From NCBI GenBank assembly GCA_039630345.1, contig JBCNVD010000020.1, forward strand, positions 1 through 44,942: a stretch of 44,942 bases of DNA, given 5' to 3'. A program made the translations under genes and the position numbers. This DNA comes from Aquificaceae bacterium (lineage in GTDB: Bacteria; Aquificota; Aquificia; Aquificales; Aquificaceae). The notes under the pieces were generated by a model. It saw nothing but the letters and a program-made list of their open reading frames with translations. It searched no databases and was not told where the DNA came from. This document shows, in pieces, positions 39,217 to 44,942 of the stretch (positions within the stretch are counted from its first letter, which is position 1; each line of letters begins with the position of its first letter).

Positions 39217-39945
39217 TTAGTTTATTAACTTATTAAGCTCTTCTTCTGGGGGTAGACCGGTTATGACTCTTCCGTTCATGCCAATAAAGGTTGGAGTGCC
39301 CCCAACCCCTAGTTTTTCCATAAGCCTTAGATTTGCCTCTACTTTCTTTTTGCCATCCTCGCAGAGGTTTTTGGAAGTGTAGCCTTCTGTGTATTCTTTA
39401 AAGCCCTTTTTGTCGCAGATAAGGGCCACTGATTTATCAAAAGCCTGAGGGTGAATGGGGAGAGGATATAGAATTAGCCTGACCTGAACCCCGGATTTTT
39501 TAGCCCATTCTTCTATAACTGGATTGCTTCGCTTGCAAAAAGGACAATCCGGGTCAGAGATAAAGTATATGTATTTTGAACCTTCGCCCAGAGTGACATT
39601 GACATGGGATTCTAATTCTTTAAGAACATCCTTGCTAACTGACATAAACTGCTTTTGACGCTCTGAGGTGAGATTTTTTCGGTCTTTTACGCTTATTATG
39701 TTGCCTGCAAAAACATACTGCATCTGGGGGTCGACATAGACAATGATTGATTGAATACCCGCTTTGAAAACTACCTCGCATATGCCCTTGATTTCGGAAG
39801 ATGGGGATATTTGCTCCACCTTAACATCAGGTGGCAAAAAGTCCTTCATCGCCTTTTTCACGGCTTCTTTATCAGGGCAGGTCGTTTTTGCCATCTGACC
39901 ACAGCTTGCTATCATTAGCATAAAAAACAGAGCTAAAATTTTCAT
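39217..39945 (-). CDS. dsbC: DsbC family thiol:disulfide interchange lipoprotein
   Basis: Lipobox IASC, N-terminal dimerisation domain, 'SDPDCPFC', 'GTPTF'; GGAGG RBS. Confidence 0.9.
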   Translation of the reverse strand: MKILALFFMLMIASCGQMAKTTCPDKEAVKKAMKDFLPPDVKVEQISPSSEIKGICEVVFKAGIQSIIVYVDPQMQYVFAGNIISVKDRKNLTSERQKQFMSVSKDVLKELESHVNVTLGEGSKYIYFISDPDCPFCKRSNPVIEEWAKKSGVQVRLILYPLPIHPQAFDKSVALICDKKGFKEYTEGYTSKNLCEDGKKKVEANLRLMEKLGVGGTPTFIGMNGRVITGLPPEEELNKLIN

Positions 39946-39976
39946 CCTAACCTCCAGCAGTAAATATTATACATAT

Positions 39977-42007
39977 TTATGGCTTTCTGAAAACCGGCTT
40001 TAAAATCTCTCCCTCTAGCATCTCATCAAGGATGTTATATTTATAAGCATACTTTATAATGTCAAAAACCTCAGAATAAACCCGGATAGTCTTATCTATA
40101 ATTTCATCTGAGTGAGAAAAAGACATGTTATGACTGCCAGTAAATAAAATGCCCCTTTTTGCACACTCTTGCTGAAAGAGAGTTTTGAGCTTTAGAGCCT
40201 CATTAGATTTAAAATCCAGGATAAAACGTACGGGAAAGCCAAGAACATAGACCAAATCCTCGAGCTCTTTTTCAAATATTAGATTTTGTATGGCGGTTTT
40301 TAGCTTCTGTCCCTGAGTCCATAGGGTTTTTATAACATCGTTTTGTTTCATATATTCAATTGTTGCTATTGCGGAGGCGATGCTTAAGGTTTCTCCGCCA
40401 AAGGTAAAGGAGAAAAAAACCTCATCAAAGTAGCGCATATACTCGCGCTTTCCCACGATTGCACTTATAGGAAGCCCGTTTGCCATCGCTTTTCCAAAGC
40501 AGGAGATATCCGGCTCTAAGTTAAATAGCTCCTGAGCACCGCCAAGAGCGAAACGAAAACCGGTAACAACCTCATCAAAAACAACCAGAGCCCCGTTTTC
40601 ATGAGAGAGCTCAATTACCTTTTCAAGAAAGCCGTCGCGAGGCTCTTCGACTCCAACAGGCTCAAGTATGACGCAGGCTATTTTGTTTTTGTGGCGATCA
40701 AAGAGCATTGCAAGGCTATCTATGTCGTTGTAATTAAAGCTGACGGTTAGGTCTTTTATAGCATCCGGGATCCCTGCGTTTCTGGTGGTTGAGGCTATAT
40801 ACCAATCCTGCCAGCCATGATAGCCACAGCAAGCAACCATATCTCTTTTGGTTATTGCCCTTGCAAGTCTTACCGCAGCGGAGGTAACATCAGAGCCGTT
40901 TTTGCCAAATCTTACCATCTTTGCAGAAGGGACTACATTGCATATAAGCTCCGCAAGCTCTAGCTCCAAAGAAGCCGAGAGGGTGTAAATACTGCCTTTT
41001 TCGAGCTGTTTTTTTATGCTTTCAAGAATGGGCTCAAATGCGTATCCAAGGACGCATGCACCAAGTCCCATGGTGTAGTCTATAAACTCATTGCCGTCTA
41101 TGTCTTTAATCGTGCATCCTTTTGCCTCTTTTGCAAAAAGCGGTGAAGCACCCAAAGATAGCTGAAGGTAGGATTTACTAAATGTCTGAGAGGCCATAGG
41201 TATTAGCTCCAGAGCTCTACTAAAGTGAGATAGGGTATTTTTAAGCTCCAGAGGCTTTGCTTTCATGGATTTTATATATTCTTTGTCCCTTTCCAGAGAT
41301 TTTTTATAGCCAAGATTTGGGACAAAGCCATCTATTTTAAACATCTCTGGCTTTGATTTTATAAGTTTAACCACATCAAAATATGTAAAATCTTCGCTCT
41401 TTAGTTCATCTAGAACCTTTTCTATGTGCTCTATATCCTCAGGATAGTCGACGCTTAGATGTATATAGGATAAGTCCTCTTCGTGAAGAGCTATAAACTC
41501 TTTTTTCGCCCTTTTTGAAGAAAATATGTAAGGGGTTACATGCTCGCGCTGAGATGGAAGGATTGCTTCTTTATGAGCTTTAAGAATCCACTCTGAGTTT
41601 ATAACCTCTACATCAAAGCCATCCACTATCTTATCAACTCTCAGATAGTCAGGTTTTAACTTAAGACTTTGCTCTATTGCAACATCTATAACCTTTGGGT
41701 CAATAAGCGGGCAATCGCCTGTTATTCTAACTACATAATGTAGCCCAAAGAGATCCACCGCTTTTGCATATCGCTCCAAAACATCCTCTTGACTGCCTCT
41801 AATAACCTGCCAGTCCATAGAGCTGGCAATTTCACAAAGAACATCGTCCTCTTCAAGGTTTGAAGTAAGCAAAGCCTTTATATCCGCCTTTGCCAAAGAG
41901 GCACGGGCAAGAACCCACTTTATGACCGGTCTTTCGCCAAGTTTAGATAGCATCTTGCCACGAAAGCGAGTTGAGCCCATTCTTGCCTGAAGACATATGC
42001 CTATCAT
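39977..42007 (-). CDS. Fusion of SpsF-like cytidylyltransferase and class III aminotransferase (GSA aminomutase-like)
   Basis: N-terminal 'QARMGSTRFRGK', 'RITGDCPLIDP', 'REHVTPY'; C-terminal 'GKNGSD', 'YHGWQDW', 'FDEVVTGFR', PLP lysine 'FGKAMANG'. Confidence 0.88.
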   Translation of the reverse strand: MIGICLQARMGSTRFRGKMLSKLGERPVIKWVLARASLAKADIKALLTSNLEEDDVLCEIASSMDWQVIRGSQEDVLERYAKAVDLFGLHYVVRITGDCPLIDPKVIDVAIEQSLKLKPDYLRVDKIVDGFDVEVINSEWILKAHKEAILPSQREHVTPYIFSSKRAKKEFIALHEEDLSYIHLSVDYPEDIEHIEKVLDELKSEDFTYFDVVKLIKSKPEMFKIDGFVPNLGYKKSLERDKEYIKSMKAKPLELKNTLSHFSRALELIPMASQTFSKSYLQLSLGASPLFAKEAKGCTIKDIDGNEFIDYTMGLGACVLGYAFEPILESIKKQLEKGSIYTLSASLELELAELICNVVPSAKMVRFGKNGSDVTSAAVRLARAITKRDMVACCGYHGWQDWYIASTTRNAGIPDAIKDLTVSFNYNDIDSLAMLFDRHKNKIACVILEPVGVEEPRDGFLEKVIELSHENGALVVFDEVVTGFRFALGGAQELFNLEPDISCFGKAMANGLPISAIVGKREYMRYFDEVFFSFTFGGETLSIASAIATIEYMKQNDVIKTLWTQGQKLKTAIQNLIFEKELEDLVYVLGFPVRFILDFKSNEALKLKTLFQQECAKRGILFTGSHNMSFSHSDEIIDKTIRVYSEVFDIIKYAYKYNILDEMLEGEILKPVFRKP

Positions 42008-42507
42008 GACTTTAGTCTTTCCATCAAAATGACATCTATGTATGAACCTTTGTAAAAAACGCGGTTTTTTAACCTTCCGGCTATAGAGTATCCTGCCTTT
42101 TGAAAGGCTTTTATTGAAGCCTGATTTTGCGAATAAGCCCCTGCCAGAAGATGATTGATGTTTAGCTCATTAAAGGCAAAATCTGTTGCCATCATGATAG
42201 CCTTTGTGCCAATACCCTTATTGCGAAATTCCCTCTCACCTATGATGATACCTATATCGGCATTTCTATGGAAGGGATTTATAGAGCCAATTTTTACATT
42301 CCCAATGTGAAGGTCTTTGACAAAAATTCCCATAAGAAAGTCTGTTTTTGACTTTGAGAGCTCTTTTACATATTCTCTTAGCTCTTCAAGCGTGTAAGAA
42401 CTCCAGCGCATCTCCAGAAACTGAGTAACCTCAGGGTCTCTAAGCCAAGATAGATACCTCTCTGTTACATCTTCAGGCAGGAGTCTTCTTATAATTAGCC
42501 CCTCCAC
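42004..42507 (-). CDS. GNAT N-acetyltransferase (RimJ/RimL or PseH-like)
   Basis: 'YLSWLRDPEV', 'HIGNVK', acetyl-CoA loop 'RNKGIG', 'NQASIKAFQKAGY'. Confidence 0.88.
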   Translation of the reverse strand: MEGLIIRRLLPEDVTERYLSWLRDPEVTQFLEMRWSSYTLEELREYVKELSKSKTDFLMGIFVKDLHIGNVKIGSINPFHRNADIGIIIGEREFRNKGIGTKAIMMATDFAFNELNINHLLAGAYSQNQASIKAFQKAGYSIAGRLKNRVFYKGSYIDVILMERLKS

Positions 42508-42512
42508 AGGGC

Positions 42513-43397
42513 TTATTTTAAAGCCGGATTTTCGTAAGATACCAAGTTTTTAAGGAAACTAAAAAGTTCTGACTTTATGTCTTCTCTTTCCAGACCAAAC
42601 TCAACCAGAGTCTGGATGTATGCAAGCGGGGTGCCAGTATCATAAACTCTTGCGTTTAGCTTTATTGCATAAACCGCCTCTTCCTCAAGCAAGAGCTTTA
42701 TGGCGTCAGTTAGCTGAATCTCACCACCCTTGCCCGGCGGGGTTATCCTGATTTTTTCAAATATCCTTGGGGTGAATAGATATCTCCCAACTATAGCGAG
42801 GTTAGAGGGGGCTTCTTCCGGTCTTGGTTTTTCAACAAGGTCGTCAATCATGTAGATGTCTTTTTCTATGTGTCTTGCGCTGACAATGCCATATTTAGCT
42901 ACATGCCTTGCTTCTACCTCGAAAACTGCTATGACGCTCTTTCCGAGTCTTTTATAAACATCTACCATACGCGAAAGCACATTCTCTTCGCTCTTTATAA
43001 CTATGTCTCCAAGACTTACTATAAAAGGCTCTTGACCAACCGCAGGCTCTGCGACCAAAACCGCGTGCCCAAGACCCAATTGTTCTTTTTGTCTTATGTA
43101 AATGGGGTTTGTTATCCTGCTTATTTCAACAATGTTTTTTAAAAGCTGTGTTTTGCCGCAATTTTCAAGATGTTTCTCAAGGTCAGTGTTGATATCAAAG
43201 TGATGCTCTATTGGTCTTTTATGCCTTCCAGTTACAAAAATAACATTCTCTATACCTGCATGTAAGCACTCCTCTACGATAAACTGAATAACTGGCTTGT
43301 CTATAATCGGGAACATCTCTTTTGGCATTGCTTTTGTTGCTGGAAGAAACCTTGTTCCCCAGCCCGCTACCGGCAAAACCGCTTTTCTTACCTCCAT
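42513..43397 (-). CDS. galU: UTP--glucose-1-phosphate uridylyltransferase
   Basis: 'KAVLPVAGWGTRFLPATKAMPKEM', 'QLGLGHAV', 'VEKP', 'EIQLTDA'; ATG 43397 follows AAGGAGG. Confidence 0.97.
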   Translation of the reverse strand: MEVRKAVLPVAGWGTRFLPATKAMPKEMFPIIDKPVIQFIVEECLHAGIENVIFVTGRHKRPIEHHFDINTDLEKHLENCGKTQLLKNIVEISRITNPIYIRQKEQLGLGHAVLVAEPAVGQEPFIVSLGDIVIKSEENVLSRMVDVYKRLGKSVIAVFEVEARHVAKYGIVSARHIEKDIYMIDDLVEKPRPEEAPSNLAIVGRYLFTPRIFEKIRITPPGKGGEIQLTDAIKLLLEEEAVYAIKLNARVYDTGTPLAYIQTLVEFGLEREDIKSELFSFLKNLVSYENPALK

Positions 43398-43407
43398 AGT
43401 TCCTCCT

Positions 43408-44451
43408 TTATGAGATAAGGTATTCGCAAATCGTCTTTGAAGCAATAGGATTTGAAAATGTCTTTATAAGGCGTGAAAATTCCTCTCTGGAGGAGAGGAT
43501 TTTACTAAGAGCGCTGACAACACTTTTAACATCCGCCTTTTCCTGGGGCAGAACAGATCCTCCACCAAGCTGGGCTATTTCAAGAGCGTTAAGATGCTGA
43601 TGGTCTTTATAGGCAAATGGATACGGCACAAAGACCGCAGGAAGCCCAAATAGCGACAGCTCCCATATTGAGCCAGCACCTGCGCGAGATAGCGCAACAT
43701 CGCATGCTTTATATATAAGCCCCATATCCTCGTAAAATTCCATTACAAGAACATCAATTCCACGCTCTTTGTAAAAGAGCTCCAGCTCCTCTTTTCGGCC
43801 TTTTCCGCAGATATGAATGCCCTGCCAGCGAGTTAAACTAAAAACCTCCTTTGCAAGCGAGTTTAAAAACTCAGAGCCCTGACTTCCACCCATTACAAGA
43901 AGACAGGGAGATTCTTTTTCTAATTTAAGCGCGCTTCGCGCATCTTTTTTTTCAAGAGATAACCTCTCAAGAACAGACCTTCTTACCGGTATTCCTGTTT
44001 TTATAGCGTCAGGAAAGTATTTTTTAGAGCTCTCGAAAGTTATAAAGACCATGCTGGCTCTTTTGGAAAAGATTGAGTTTGCAAAACCAGGGACAGAGTT
44101 TTGCTCGTGAATAAACAGCTCAAGACCTCTATGGATTGCACCCAAAGACAGCGCAGAGCTTGCATAGCCGCCAAAGGATATTGCTCTTTTGGATTTTTTT
44201 AATTTTTCTTTCAGTTCCAGAGAGGCTTTAATGACCTCGATGGAAGAACGAACCTTTGAAAAAATACCCCTGTTAGAAAATTGAGAGAGCTTTAAAAAGA
44301 TTGGGTCTTTAAAACTCTGTTTGTAGCGCGCTTCTATACCTGAAAAACTCCCTATAAATAAAGGGTCATAACCAAGCGAGGTTAGCTCCTCGTATATTGC
44401 GAGCGCAGGGAAGAAGTGTCCTCCAGTCCCTCCACCAGATATTAGTATCAA
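43408..44451 (-). CDS. murG: UDP-GlcNAc:lipid I N-acetylglucosamine transferase
   Basis: 'GGGTGGH', 'FGGYAS', 'HEQNSVPG', 'GGSQGS', 'SRAGA', 'HQHLNA'. Confidence 0.97.
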   Translation of the reverse strand: MILISGGGTGGHFFPALAIYEELTSLGYDPLFIGSFSGIEARYKQSFKDPIFLKLSQFSNRGIFSKVRSSIEVIKASLELKEKLKKSKRAISFGGYASSALSLGAIHRGLELFIHEQNSVPGFANSIFSKRASMVFITFESSKKYFPDAIKTGIPVRRSVLERLSLEKKDARSALKLEKESPCLLVMGGSQGSEFLNSLAKEVFSLTRWQGIHICGKGRKEELELFYKERGIDVLVMEFYEDMGLIYKACDVALSRAGAGSIWELSLFGLPAVFVPYPFAYKDHQHLNALEIAQLGGGSVLPQEKADVKSVVSALSKILSSREEFSRLIKTFSNPIASKTICEYLIS

Positions 44452-44452
44452 A

Positions 44453-44941
44453 TTAGCTAGAGCCTTGAGTAAAGTCGTCTGGTCTTAGGTTCTCAAGCCA
44501 CCTTCTGAGTTTTTCTTTTTCTTCTTCTTCCTCCTCCTCTTCCTGCTTTGTTTCAAACTTTGAGATTTTTGACTTTTCCAGAACGTGCTCGTTTGCAAAA
44601 ACCGGGGCATTAAAGCGAATTGCCAGATTTATCGCATCACTTGGGCGAGAATCCAAAATCAGGTGTTTGCCCTCATGTTCGACATGGAGCTCTGCAAAAT
44701 AGGTGTTGTCTTTGAGGTCTGAGATGACTACTTTCTGGAGTTTTGCGCCAAGGGTCTGGATTATGCTTCTGGTAAGTTCGTAAGTCATAGGGCGCTGCGA
44801 AGGAACGCTCTGAAGATGGCGGACTATGCTATCTGCTTCAAAAGGACCTATCCATATGGGTAGAAACTCGTCGTCGCTTTCTTTAACCCTTAGAACAACT
44901 ATGGGCATTTGAGAAACCGGGTCTAACATCACTGAATGAAC
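44453..44941 (-). CDS. Bifunctional nuclease family protein (DUF151), 5' truncated by window edge
   Basis: 'LPIWIGPFEA', 'RPMTYEL', 'DSRPSDAINLA', 'WLENLRPDDF'; frame open to the window end. Confidence 0.92.
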   Translation of the reverse strand, partial: VHSVMLDPVSQMPIVVLRVKESDDEFLPIWIGPFEADSIVRHLQSVPSQRPMTYELTRSIIQTLGAKLQKVVISDLKDNTYFAELHVEHEGKHLILDSRPSDAINLAIRFNAPVFANEHVLEKSKISKFETKQEEEEEEEEKEKLRRWLENLRPDDFTQGSS

Positions 44942-44942
44942 C

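Noticed and set aside
40000..41250. Calling the aminotransferase domain hemL
   Set aside because: Fused to SpsF and has YHGWQDW, typical of the glycan-cluster subfamily rather than tetrapyrrole HemL
42488..42507. Possible ATT/ATA start for the GNAT after an internal GGAGG
   Set aside because: A canonical GTG lies 5 nt after the galU stop, so nothing requires a non-canonical start
44515..44545. GAG/GAA triplet run
   Set aside because: Encodes a poly-Glu linker in the DUF151 protein; low complexity, not an array or phase-variable tract
1..44942. CRISPR array, IS element, intein, intron or riboswitch
   Set aside because: No spaced repeats, transposase or integrase motifs, oversized conserved proteins or recognisable leader structures seen; metE has no room for a riboswitch

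Overview
Gene-dense core-chromosome segment of an Aquificaceae bacterium (Hydrogenobacter/Thermocrinis/Aquifex-like). The assignment rests on the tmRNA tag APEAELALAA, a Hydrogenobacter-type cytochrome c552, tandem [4Fe-4S] ferredoxins, an A-adding-type tRNA nucleotidyltransferase and a stand-alone atpC. The first half holds the end of a complex I operon (nuoL-M-N), cytochrome c/fabZ/thioredoxin/ccdA, hisH-pyrF-metE-tkt, the ispE-tRNA(Gln)-prs-rplY-pth-uvrC-lgt-sppA cluster, groES-groEL and atpC. The second half holds tRNA-Ile2(CAT), a ferredoxin operon, zwf and gnd split by an unusual dihaem protein, sbcDC plus an M16 peptidase pair, tmRNA, a K+ channel, dsbC, a SpsF-aminotransferase fusion with a GNAT, galU and murG. 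I found no mobile element, prophage, CRISPR array or defence island. The most interesting signals concern translation and RNA processing: an apparent AUA-initiated gene whose stop codon lies antisense to the anticodon loop of the AUA-decoding tRNA, an ispE stop codon inside tRNA-Gln, and repeated leaderless-type promoters. The uncharacterised exported dihaem cytochrome is the best candidate for a novel protein. All family calls come from motif recognition by eye; no database searches were run.
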